This document shows positions 49,611-58,210 of a stretch of DNA of 64,000 nt, one piece after another. Where the stretch lies: assembly GCA_011620345.1 (NCBI GenBank), contig WOZJ01000050.1, positions 151,976 to 215,975 of the forward strand, in the 5' to 3' direction. Every line of letters begins with the position of its first letter. Position 1 is the stretch's first letter. The translations under genes and the position numbers were made by a program. The notes below the pieces were generated by a model. That model searched no databases. It saw only the letters and a program-made list of their open reading frames with translations, and was not told where the DNA came from. Source of the stretch: Nitrospirota bacterium (GTDB lineage Bacteria; UBA2233).

Positions 49611-52295
49611 ATGAAACAAGCCAAGAAGTACGTCTATTTTTTTGGACACGGGCAAGCCGAAGGCCATGCAGGCATGAAGGATCTCCTGGGGGGAAAAGGT
49701 GCCGGCCTGTGTGAAATGACGAACCTAGGAGTTCCTGTCCCCTGCGGGTTTATTGTAACTACGGAAGCGTGCATTCTCTACTACAAGCAAGGCAAGAGCC
49801 TGCCTGAAGGATTATATGAAGAGGTCCAAGCGCATCTTTCTCGTCTGGAAGAATCTGTAGGAAAGCGTTTTGGGGACAAAGAAAATCCTCTTTTGGTTTC
49901 GATCCGTTCGGGTGCACGTGTGAGCATGCCGGGAATGATGGATACCGTGCTAAACGTGGGGCTTAACGATATAACCGTACAAGGGCTTGCCCAGAAAACG
50001 AACAATCCGAGGTTCGCCTACGACAGTTACAGGCGTTTTATCGCCATGTTTAGCAGTGTTGTCCTAGGAATTCCGTATGAACATTTTGAAGTCGCGCTTG
50101 ACGACCTAAAGAAATCTATGGGGGTGAACCACGATACCGACTTGGACGCTGATGCGCTGAGGGAGCTTGTGAAGCACTACAAAGGGATTGTCGAGTCGAC
50201 AAAAGGGGCACCATTTCCTTCCGAGCCTAATGATCAGCTCTGGGCTACAATCAAGGCCGTGTTCGAGTCATGGAACAGCCAGAGGGCTACGACATACAGA
50301 AAAATCCACAAGATTTCCGACGACTGGGGAACCGCAGTCAGTGTGGTAAGCATGGTATTTGGTAACATGGGGGAAGATTCGGGTACCGGAGTTTTATTCA
50401 CCAGGAACCCTGCAACCGGCGAGAAGGCTCTTTACGGAGAATACCTACCTAATGCGCAGGGAGAAGACGTCGTTGCCGGCATTCGTACCCCTTATCCCAT
50501 CTCGAAAGACCAAGACGCCAACGGTGCCAAGAATACGCTCGAGGAGCGTATGCCCGCTGTTTATCGAGAAATTAAACAGGTGGCGGCAAAGCTCGAGGCG
50601 CATTATAAAGACATGCAAGACATTGAATTCACCATCGAGAAGGGCAATCTCTGGATCTTGCAGACCCGGTCTGGCAAGCGTACTGCTAGGGCAGCCATGA
50701 AGGCCGCCGTCGATATGGTTCAAGAAAATCTTATTGATAAAGAAACGGCGATCCTTCGTATCTCACCCGACCAACTCAACCAGCTCCTTCATCCCGTGAT
50801 CGACCCAAGGGCAAAAAAAGAAGTGCTATGCAAGGGACTGCCAGCCTCCCCTGGTGCCGTAAACGGCATGCTGGTGTTTACGGCAGACGAAGCAGTTAAG
50901 CGGGCCAATATGGGCGACCGCGTCATTCTTGTGCGTCCCGAGACATCACCGGAGGATATCCATGGGATGTATGCCGCCCAGGGAATTTTGACTGCCCGTG
51001 GTGGCATGACCTCGCATGCGGCTGTTGTCGCGAGAGGCATGGGGAAGTGCTGTATCGTGGGCTGTTCTGAGATCCGTGTTTCAACAGAAAAGAAGGTAGC
51101 CCATGTAGGAGGCCTTGTTCTCAAAGAAGGAGATTGGGTTACGCTCAATGGATCAACCGGAGAGGTCATGAGAGGCATCGTCCCTACGATCGATGCTGTA
51201 ATGAGCGACGATTTTGCGATTTTTATGGAATGGGTCGATGCGGTAAGACGTCTTCGTGTTCGGGCAAACGCTGATACTTCGACGGATTGCGAGGTTGCCC
51301 TCCGATTTGGGGCGGAAGGGGTAGGCCTTTGCAGGACTGAACACATGTTCTTTGCGCCCGACAGGATCCTTGCGGTAAGAGAGATGATTCTTTCTAATGA
51401 ACACGAAGGCCGAAAGAAGGCGCTCGCAAAAATTAAGCCGATGCAAAAGGGGGACTTCGCTGAAATTTTCCGAACGATGGGCGAAAGGCCCGTAATCATC
51501 AGGCTATTGGATCCGCCTTTGCATGAGTTCTTGCCCAAAACAGCCGAAGAAGTCGCCGAGGTAGCTCGAGAGATGCGTCTTGGTCCGGAGGCAATCAAGG
51601 CCCAACGGGCGAAAATGGAAGAGTTCAACCCCATGCTCGGCCATAGAGGTTGCAGGCTAGGGATCACTACGCCTGAAATTTACGAGATGCAGATTGAAGC
51701 AATCCTTGAGGCCGCGTGTGAACTCAAGGCGGAAGGGCTCGATGTACACCCTGAGATCATGGTTCCGCTTGTTGGTACTGAAGAAGAGATTGTCTTCGTC
51801 AAGGACTGCATTGACAAGACTGCCAAGGAGGTAATGGACGCCAAGGGTATTCGCGTGTCCTATAAAGTAGGCACAATGATCGAACTTCCGAGGGCCTGCA
51901 TCGTAGCCGACGATATTGCAAAGGTTGCGGAATTCTTTTCGTTTGGGACTAACGACCTAACCCAGATGACCTTCGGGTTTTCTAGAGACGATGTCGGCAT
52001 TTTCTTACCGGTCTACTTAGAGAAAAAAATTCTCAAGGTAGACCCCTTTGAGTCGATAGATACGCAAGGCGTCGGCCAACTGATCCAGCTTGCCGTAGAG
52101 AAGGGGCGTAAGGCCAGGGCAGGCTTGAGCGTTGGAATCTGCGGGGAGCATGGAGGCGACCCTGATTCTGTGAAGTTCTGCCACAAAGCCGGGTTAGACT
52201 ATGTCAGTTGCTCTCCTTTTCGTGTGCCCATCGCCAAACTTGCCGCCGCTCAAGCGGTCCTGGAAGATAGGATGGCAGCGCAACCTTTGGAATGA
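49611..52295 (+). CDS. ppdK: pyruvate, phosphate dikinase
   Basis: 894 aa. N-terminal ATP-grasp domain, central phosphohistidine domain (GGMTSHAAVVARG) and C-terminal PEP-utilising domain. Confidence 0.92.
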   Translation: MKQAKKYVYFFGHGQAEGHAGMKDLLGGKGAGLCEMTNLGVPVPCGFIVTTEACILYYKQGKSLPEGLYEEVQAHLSRLEESVGKRFGDKENPLLVSIRSGARVSMPGMMDTVLNVGLNDITVQGLAQKTNNPRFAYDSYRRFIAMFSSVVLGIPYEHFEVALDDLKKSMGVNHDTDLDADALRELVKHYKGIVESTKGAPFPSEPNDQLWATIKAVFESWNSQRATTYRKIHKISDDWGTAVSVVSMVFGNMGEDSGTGVLFTRNPATGEKALYGEYLPNAQGEDVVAGIRTPYPISKDQDANGAKNTLEERMPAVYREIKQVAAKLEAHYKDMQDIEFTIEKGNLWILQTRSGKRTARAAMKAAVDMVQENLIDKETAILRISPDQLNQLLHPVIDPRAKKEVLCKGLPASPGAVNGMLVFTADEAVKRANMGDRVILVRPETSPEDIHGMYAAQGILTARGGMTSHAAVVARGMGKCCIVGCSEIRVSTEKKVAHVGGLVLKEGDWVTLNGSTGEVMRGIVPTIDAVMSDDFAIFMEWVDAVRRLRVRANADTSTDCEVALRFGAEGVGLCRTEHMFFAPDRILAVREMILSNEHEGRKKALAKIKPMQKGDFAEIFRTMGERPVIIRLLDPPLHEFLPKTAEEVAEVAREMRLGPEAIKAQRAKMEEFNPMLGHRGCRLGITTPEIYEMQIEAILEAACELKAEGLDVHPEIMVPLVGTEEEIVFVKDCIDKTAKEVMDAKGIRVSYKVGTMIELPRACIVADDIAKVAEFFSFGTNDLTQMTFGFSRDDVGIFLPVYLEKKILKVDPFESIDTQGVGQLIQLAVEKGRKARAGLSVGICGEHGGDPDSVKFCHKAGLDYVSCSPFRVPIAKLAAAQAVLEDRMAAQPLE

Positions 52296-52307
52296 AAACT
52301 TCTCTAT

Positions 52308-52335
52308 CCCGTGGGGGGCGCTTTCCCCCTACGGG
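52308..52335 (+). terminator. hairpin terminator candidate downstream of ppdK (convergent with the minus-strand genes)
   Basis: CCCGTGGGGGG cgcttt CCCCCTACGGG forms an 11-bp stem with one G-U pair. A T-rich tract (CCCGTTTTGATTTTT) follows a few nt later. Confidence 0.45.
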
Positions 52336-52363
52336 CTTACCTCCCGTTTTGATTTTTAAGGTC

Positions 52364-52510
52364 TCACAGGCCGTCTTTAACCTTCAATGCTTCTTCCTGG
52401 TCTAGACCGGATACGCCTAGGCTCTCATGGGCCCGTTTTTGCTCGCAGGTGTTGCAGATGTTATCGTCCGAGAGGCCGCAGATAAGCTCGTTTTTTTGAG
52501 TAGTTAACAT
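52364..52510 (-). CDS. possible small Cys-containing ORF (48 aa), unverified
   Basis: Hand-translated minus-strand ORF MLTTQKNELICGLSDDNICNTCEQKRAHESLGVSGLDQEEALKVKDGL. No strong RBS. Lies downstream of the membrane-protein gene. Confidence 0.2.
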   Translation of the reverse strand: MLTTQKNELICGLSDDNICNTCEQKRAHESLGVSGLDQEEALKVKDGL

Positions 52511-52545
52511 AATAGTTCTTATGCGCATTACAATGACTTGCTTCT

Positions 52546-53163
52546 TTAGGGTGTCTCTGCCTCCAAATAGGCTGCAACGCGGATAAGGAAATCCGGGCTG
52601 TCCGGACTCAACGAAGCTTCGAGTTTTTTAGGGCTGTTTTCCGATAGCGCCTCTATAAAAGCGGCAGCCTCCTTAAAAACTTCGTAGGAGACATTGTCCT
52701 TTTTTGTAATCAGCAGATTTTCGCTTACAGCCTTTGGGTCGCGTTGCCACAGAGCGATCCTTGCCCTAGAGTATCCCCGGATACCTCTAAGGAAAGGATC
52801 CTTTGGCATCTCTGTTTTAGGGAGGCCGTTTAAGTTGTTGGGACCGTCAGTCTTTTTAAGAAAAGCGCTTTCGGCTAGTACTTCTGCCAAGCCTGCCATA
52901 TTAGGGTGTCCAAATTCTGGGAGCTTCTGAAGATGCTCCGAGGGCTCAATTTTCGAATCTTGGAGTTGCGATATATAAGTATACAATGATGCAACATCAT
53001 GCTCTGTCTGACTATTTAAACGAAACCTGTATCCGAGCACCGCCAAAGCAAAAAGAAGTGCAATAACAATAGAAGCGGCAATGTGACGCCCATACCTATG
53101 CCATATGCGGAGCACGGCGTGCTCCTTAGGTAAGCTATACTCATGCCTTGTACGTTTATCCAT
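52546..53163 (-). CDS. hypothetical single-pass membrane protein, co-oriented with and overlapping miaB
   Basis: 205 aa with one hydrophobic helix (IAASIVIALLFALAVLGY) near the N-terminus. No recognisable family. There is an 8-nt overlap with the miaB stop. Confidence 0.5.
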   Translation of the reverse strand: MDKRTRHEYSLPKEHAVLRIWHRYGRHIAASIVIALLFALAVLGYRFRLNSQTEHDVASLYTYISQLQDSKIEPSEHLQKLPEFGHPNMAGLAEVLAESAFLKKTDGPNNLNGLPKTEMPKDPFLRGIRGYSRARIALWQRDPKAVSENLLITKKDNVSYEVFKEAAAFIEALSENSPKKLEASLSPDSPDFLIRVAAYLEAETP

Positions 53164-54490
53164 TGTATTGACCTTTCAGCGTGTGGCGAAGCGCTTCAAG
53201 AATCAACACAGGAACTATCTTTCCAACCAGCGATGGTTTGCCAGGAAAAACCACCGTTTTGTTGTCCAATGTCCGACCCATAAGTTCTTCCTTGCTCATT
53301 TTACTCAGCTTTTCGACCAGAACCTCTTGGGAAGATCCGACGACCTTAAGGAGGCTTTTTTGAGCGATGCGTTGTGTTACGTCTTGAAGCATGGCAAGCC
53401 TTTCTTTTTTCACTTCTTTTGAAACATGGCCTTCCATCTTTCCAGCCTCCGTAAAGGGGCGTCTTGAATATTTAAACGAGAATGAAGAATCAAACCCAAC
53501 CTCTTCTACAAGCCGAAGTGTGGATTGGAAGTCTTCGTTGGTTTCCGTGGGAAATCCAACAATCAGGTCGGTAGTCAGTGAGATGTCGGGGCGTGCCCGC
53601 CTGAGTCTCTCGACGGTCGCGAGGTAATCCTTGCGGGTATAGCCTCGACGCATCAAGCCGAGGATCCTGTCTGACCCCGACTGAACGGGCAAATGGAGGT
53701 GTGGACAGACCGTTCGAAGTGAAGCGAAACATTCAACTAGCGAACCGTCGACATCTGTCGGGTTTGAGGTAGTAAACCGTATCCGTTCGAGCCCAGGGAT
53801 GCGATCAAGCTCATGAAGGAGCTCGGGAAACGCGATGTCTTGTGTATGTTTGCCGTATCGGTTTACGTTTTGGCCTAAGAGTACAAGCTCACGGACGCCT
53901 TGTCCTATGAGCCTTTTAGCATGCATAAGGACAGCTCTACTCGAGCGCGATACTTCCGGACCCCGCACATGTGGCACGATGCAAAATGAGCACTTGTGGT
54001 CGCAGCCTTGCATAATCGTCAAGAATGCTGTAGGCCCATGGGTTTTATTGTTGCATGGGAATAGCGATTCTTCGAAGCCTTCGGGTTGGTCCATAAGCAT
54101 TGTCTTTGGTGTGACGAGAGGGCTTAGTTCCCGAAGGGCCCTTAAATGCTCCGGGATTTTGTGGAGGCTGTAAGAATTGAAGAGAAAATCGACGCCCCAA
54201 AAACGCTCGAGAAGCGCCCTTCCCTCTTGCTTGGCGACGCAGCCGCCTATTCCAAGAACAAGCCCGGGGTTTTTCCGCTTGAGCCGCTGCACCCTGCTGG
54301 CGAAGGTATACACCTTTTGCTCCGGTTTTTCACGGACACTACAAGTGTGCAACAAGACGACATCAGCGAGCTCTGGGGATTCAGCAAGCATACAGCCGCC
54401 CTCTTCGAGAATCGTTGCGAGACGGCTCGCATCGTCCTCGTTCATTTGGCAACCGTATACCTCAAGGTAAACACGCACCAACGCGTCCAC
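53156..54490 (-). CDS. miaB: tRNA methylthiotransferase MiaB (radical-SAM MTTase with TRAM domain)
   Basis: 444 aa. N-terminal MTTase Cys motif (VYGCQMN), radical-SAM CxxxCxxC (CDHKCSFC) and C-terminal TRAM. Confidence 0.8.
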   Translation of the reverse strand: MDALVRVYLEVYGCQMNEDDASRLATILEEGGCMLAESPELADVVLLHTCSVREKPEQKVYTFASRVQRLKRKNPGLVLGIGGCVAKQEGRALLERFWGVDFLFNSYSLHKIPEHLRALRELSPLVTPKTMLMDQPEGFEESLFPCNNKTHGPTAFLTIMQGCDHKCSFCIVPHVRGPEVSRSSRAVLMHAKRLIGQGVRELVLLGQNVNRYGKHTQDIAFPELLHELDRIPGLERIRFTTSNPTDVDGSLVECFASLRTVCPHLHLPVQSGSDRILGLMRRGYTRKDYLATVERLRRARPDISLTTDLIVGFPTETNEDFQSTLRLVEEVGFDSSFSFKYSRRPFTEAGKMEGHVSKEVKKERLAMLQDVTQRIAQKSLLKVVGSSQEVLVEKLSKMSKEELMGRTLDNKTVVFPGKPSLVGKIVPVLILEALRHTLKGQYNG

Positions 54491-54496
54491 TACCCC

Positions 54497-54525
54497 TAGA
54501 CAAAAGGAATAGGAATGGTTATACT
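54497..54525 (+). promoter_or_regulatory. candidate sigma70 promoter for rpoD (divergent from miaB)
   Basis: TAGACA (54497..54502), a 17-bp spacer, then TATACT (54520..54525). It would give a leader of about 225 nt. On the opposite strand a perfect TATAAT (54531..54536, reverse-complemented) is positioned for miaB. Confidence 0.35.
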
Positions 54526-54756
54526 GGAATATTATACGGCTTTATCTTTCAACCAACGCGGGGCGCCTTTTTATTCCCGGCCTAAACCAAGGGTTGTGTT
54601 GGTCCATCCGTGCGCTCTAGGATTCAAAAATTCTCGCGTTTATCCCGTAGTACTCGTAGCTTAACACAACCTCTCGGCGAAGGGAAACGTCGGAGAGGGT
54701 ACTTTCTCGTCAACCCGTCGATGTTTTTGTTTATTACCTGCGAGGAGGAGCTACGT

Positions 54757-56406
54757 ATGAAGCAAAGTGACAGGGAGATGCAAGGAACTGGCCCTACAAA
54801 AGACACCCGTAGGGCAGGCTCTCGGCAATCCCTGAACCTTGAAAAGCTCACAAAGGTCCTTCCCAGCGACTTCTTGCTCGATGAGCACCTTGAAGATGAA
54901 GCGAAAAGCTCTGGAAGGTCTTCTATAAAACGCCATAAGGCCCTTTCGCACGGCGATAGTGGCGAAAGAGAGGATGCCAACGATGATCCTTTGGCCCGAA
55001 GCAACGACCCGGTCAAACTTTACCTTCAGGACATGGGGGAAATCAGCCTTTTAAGCAAACACGAAGAGGTAGAGATTGCAAAAAGGTTTGAGCACGGCAA
55101 GCAGCAGGTTTTTGCCCTTTTGTTCCAGCCACCCTATACGTTGCGTAAGCTCTTGAGCCATCTTGAAGGGATTCGCGAGGGGAGGATATCTGCGCGCTAC
55201 ATACTAGATGATCCGACGGACCTTGCGGGCGACCAAGATGCCGATGAGGACGAAAGGGAGGATGCCGCCCCACGTCTCCCTATGAAGACGCTCGAAGAGG
55301 CCATCGCTTCAGTTAGGCAAATCCTAGAGGACATGGAAGACAAAGACGCGCGCTCCTCCTTGGTTGTATCCCTAGGATCCTTGAAGCTCCATAAAGCCTG
55401 CACAGACAGGCTTACCCGTAGGCTTGAGCTCTTCTTGAGAATTATGCATAAGAAGCAAAGAAAAATTGAGGAGTTCGAAAGACTTTCGATTGGGAATCGT
55501 ATGGTGTTTGACTTGCATACAGGCTCAAGGGTGGAGGTTTCCGACTACGAGAAAAGGCGAAATGAAGCCGAGGAAAGTCTTGAGCGTCTGGAAAAACGCG
55601 TTGGGATAAAGTATGAAGCCTTAAAGGTGCTGTTAAAAGAGCTTCGGGAAACCCAAATTCAGGTGCAAGAAGTAAAGAACGAAATGGTTCGGGCTAACCT
55701 GCGGCTTGTGGTCAGCATCGCCAAAAAGTACGTAAACCAGGGGCTTTCCTTCTTGGACCTCATTCAGGAGGGGAATATAGGCCTCATGAAGGCGGTCGAC
55801 AAGTTTGATTACGGGAAGGGGTATAAATTCTCCACCTACGCTACGTGGTGGATTCGACAATCGGTAACTCGGGCGATTGCAGATCAGGCTCGTACCATAC
55901 GCATCCCCGTTCATATGACTGAATCAATCAACAGGCTTACGCGAATCAAGCGGACGTTTATCAGAGAAAACGAGCGCGAACCGACGGTCTACGAACTCGC
56001 CGATCGAATGGATATGCCCCCAAAAAAGGTGCAAATGATTTTAAAGGCCATCAAAAAGACTGTGTCGCTCGAAAGCCCGGTAGGAGATAACAACGACTCT
56101 GAGCTTGGCGATTTCCTGGAGAACGAGGAGTCTGTCAACCCCTTCGAGGTCGTTCAGGAAAAAAACCTTTCGGCGGTCGTCCGGAAAGTCCTTGCGACGC
56201 TTACGCCCAGGGAGGAGAAGATCATTCGGATGCGCTACGGGATTGGAGACCGCATCCCACGCACCCTAGAAGAAGTCGGAGAGATTTTTCATGTAACGCG
56301 CGAACGAATCCGTCAAATCGAGGCCAAAGCGCTCAATAGGCTGCGCCACCCATCAAAAAATTACACACTCCAGGAGTTTATCGGCGAAAGCCAAGGCCAA
56401 GGGTAA
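54757..56406 (+). CDS. rpoD: RNA polymerase sigma factor RpoD (sigma-70)
   Basis: Start at ATG 54757 (RBS GAGGAGG). The ORF track opens at 54610. Regions 1.2, 2, 3 and 4 are recognisable ([18 protein letters not shown]..., -10 and -35 recognition helices). Confidence 0.92.
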   Translation: MKQSDREMQGTGPTKDTRRAGSRQSLNLEKLTKVLPSDFLLDEHLEDEAKSSGRSSIKRHKALSHGDSGEREDANDDPLARSNDPVKLYLQDMGEISLLSKHEEVEIAKRFEHGKQQVFALLFQPPYTLRKLLSHLEGIREGRISARYILDDPTDLAGDQDADEDEREDAAPRLPMKTLEEAIASVRQILEDMEDKDARSSLVVSLGSLKLHKACTDRLTRRLELFLRIMHKKQRKIEEFERLSIGNRMVFDLHTGSRVEVSDYEKRRNEAEESLERLEKRVGIKYEALKVLLKELRETQIQVQEVKNEMVRANLRLVVSIAKKYVNQGLSFLDLIQEGNIGLMKAVDKFDYGKGYKFSTYATWWIRQSVTRAIADQARTIRIPVHMTESINRLTRIKRTFIRENEREPTVYELADRMDMPPKKVQMILKAIKKTVSLESPVGDNNDSELGDFLENEESVNPFEVVQEKNLSAVVRKVLATLTPREEKIIRMRYGIGDRIPRTLEEVGEIFHVTRERIRQIEAKALNRLRHPSKNYTLQEFIGESQGQG

Positions 56407-56811
56407 AGATGAGGTAGTCGCGCTTGGGATGGGGGTCTGGATAACCCAGCCCCCCTCTTCTTTCTTCCAGCGCTCTTTTATGATCTCTTCTCTGTACCTG
56501 TTGTCTGGATAGAGGATGTAACGCTTACGAACCTCTACCGTTGCAGCACGGCGGTTTTTGTCCCAGACTACATTCAAGATTTCAAACTCTATCAGGTCTA
56601 GGCGCTTTTCTAGCGTGTCTTTGTTGGCAAGCAACCTGCCCTTGTTACTTTTTTCCAAGAAAGAAGCGGCCTTTTCGTAGTCTCGCCATTTTAGCGCTTG
56701 ATTGTACGTATAGGAGGCCCTTTTGGCCGAGAGAGTCTTTTGATAGGAACATCCAGCTGCAAATACCATTATTGCAAGGCACGGCAATAGGATTCGAAGA
56801 GGTTGTTTCAT
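56353..56811 (-). CDS. hypothetical lipoprotein, last gene of the mutase operon
   Basis: Start chosen at the internal Met ([21 protein letters not shown], a lipobox). Lies 10 nt after the meaB-like stop. The C-terminal approx 54 nt overlap the 3-prime end of rpoD on the other strand. Confidence 0.5.
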   Translation of the reverse strand: MKQPLRILLPCLAIMVFAAGCSYQKTLSAKRASYTYNQALKWRDYEKAASFLEKSNKGRLLANKDTLEKRLDLIEFEILNVVWDKNRRAATVEVRKRYILYPDNRYREEIIKERWKKEEGGWVIQTPIPSATTSSLPLALAFADKLLECVIF

Positions 56812-56821
56812 GGTAGGGCTC

Positions 56822-57778
56822 CTATGTCTCGTCAACAACTTGCTGTTTGAATCTCTCGAAAAGTTTGTTCGACATGGTGTAAGGGTTAAGGATTTCATCC
56901 TTCCAGGCACCTTCAAGAAGATGGTTCAGCTTCGTCTCCAGAAGATGAAGGATCTTGTCTTGCATCCTTCCTATAACAAGCTGCTTTGCAATTTGCTCTT
57001 CTTTGAGTCTTCGTCGTCCTGCTTTATTCAAATACGTCCAATGCGCCTTGATCGCCTCCTGCAGCTCTTTAAGCCCTTGATCGTACGCAGGGCTTGTCAA
57101 GATTACCCGTGGCTGCCAATCCTCCGGGGCGTAGGCCTTCATGCCGATCAGGTCCTCGATCTCGGACTGGAGCGTGCGGGCTGAATCTTTATCCGCCTTA
57201 TTGACGACGTAAATGTCTGCAATTTCCATGATCCCAGCCTTTAGGCTCTGGATGGAATCTCCAAGCCCTGGCGCAAGCACGACGAGCGTGGTGTGGGAAA
57301 CTCGCAAGACCTCCACTTCGTCCTGTCCGGTACCCACCGTTTCAACGAAGATCGGACTATACCCCATTGCTTGCATGACGACGAGAGAATCCTGGAGAGA
57401 GGCCGAGAGCCCCCCCATCCTCCCACGGCTTGCAAGGCTTCGGATAAACACGTCAGGGTCCGACGCGTGACGGGACATTCGAATTCTGTCGCCCAACAAA
57501 GCGCCTCCGGTAAAAGGACTCGAAGGGTCGATCGCCAAGACCCCAACGCATGCCCCTCCTTCCCTCTCCTTGGCCACCAGCGCATCGATAAGCGTACTCT
57601 TGCCCACGCCGGGAGGGCCCGTAAGCCCGATCACCTGGGATGGCTTTCGTTCGGGGTAGATCTTTTCCAAAATTTCTATGGTCTTCGGGTCTTGATCATC
57701 TACGGCCCGCAGAAGGCGGGATGCGGTAAGGGCATCCTTCTTGAGGATGCCCTCGAGGATGGCTTGTACCTTCGGCAA
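56822..57778 (-). CDS. meaB: MeaB/ArgK-family G-protein chaperone of B12-dependent mutases
   Basis: 318 aa. P-loop GLTGPPGVGKST and conserved MeaB core. Confidence 0.85.
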   Translation of the reverse strand: MPKVQAILEGILKKDALTASRLLRAVDDQDPKTIEILEKIYPERKPSQVIGLTGPPGVGKSTLIDALVAKEREGGACVGVLAIDPSSPFTGGALLGDRIRMSRHASDPDVFIRSLASRGRMGGLSASLQDSLVVMQAMGYSPIFVETVGTGQDEVEVLRVSHTTLVVLAPGLGDSIQSLKAGIMEIADIYVVNKADKDSARTLQSEIEDLIGMKAYAPEDWQPRVILTSPAYDQGLKELQEAIKAHWTYLNKAGRRRLKEEQIAKQLVIGRMQDKILHLLETKLNHLLEGAWKDEILNPYTMSNKLFERFKQQVVDET

Positions 57779-57790
57779 GGGGAACCTTTC

Positions 57791-58198
57791 TTACAGGCTT
57801 TGAGGAACGATATTATCTTCTATCCACTTTACGATCTGATCTGTGAGGGCTCCTGGTGTGAAGGTCTCCTTAACCCCCATCTTCTTCAAGGCGACGATGT
57901 CTTCGGGGGGGATAATCCCGCCTCCAAAAACGGGAATGGTCGCCCCCTTCTCTTTTAGAAGGCAAAGAACCCTCTCGAACAGCTCAAGGTGGGCTCCGGA
58001 CAGGATGCTAAGCCCTATTGCATCCACGCCCTCTTGGATTGCCATATTCACGATCGCTTCAGGTGTTTGGTGGAGCCCGGTGTAAACCACCTCAAACCCG
58101 GCATCTCGAAGCGCGCGCGCGACGATCTTGACTCCCCTGTCATGGCCGTCAAGGCCAACTTTCCCGATTAAAAGACGAACCTTCTTTTCCATACTCAA
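57791..58198 (-). CDS. B12-binding small subunit of a coenzyme-B12-dependent acyl-CoA mutase
   Basis: 135 aa with the DxHxxG cobalamin-binding motif (GLDGHDRG). Confidence 0.85.
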   Translation of the reverse strand: MSMEKKVRLLIGKVGLDGHDRGVKIVARALRDAGFEVVYTGLHQTPEAIVNMAIQEGVDAIGLSILSGAHLELFERVLCLLKEKGATIPVFGGGIIPPEDIVALKKMGVKETFTPGALTDQIVKWIEDNIVPQSL

Positions 58199-58210
58199 GC
58201 GCTCTTTTCT

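Noticed and set aside
50789-51667. 292-aa minus-strand ORF opposite ppdK
   Set aside because: Antisense to a well-conserved enzyme gene. Low-complexity Ser/Ala/Pro/Thr-rich composition typical of wrong-frame translation.
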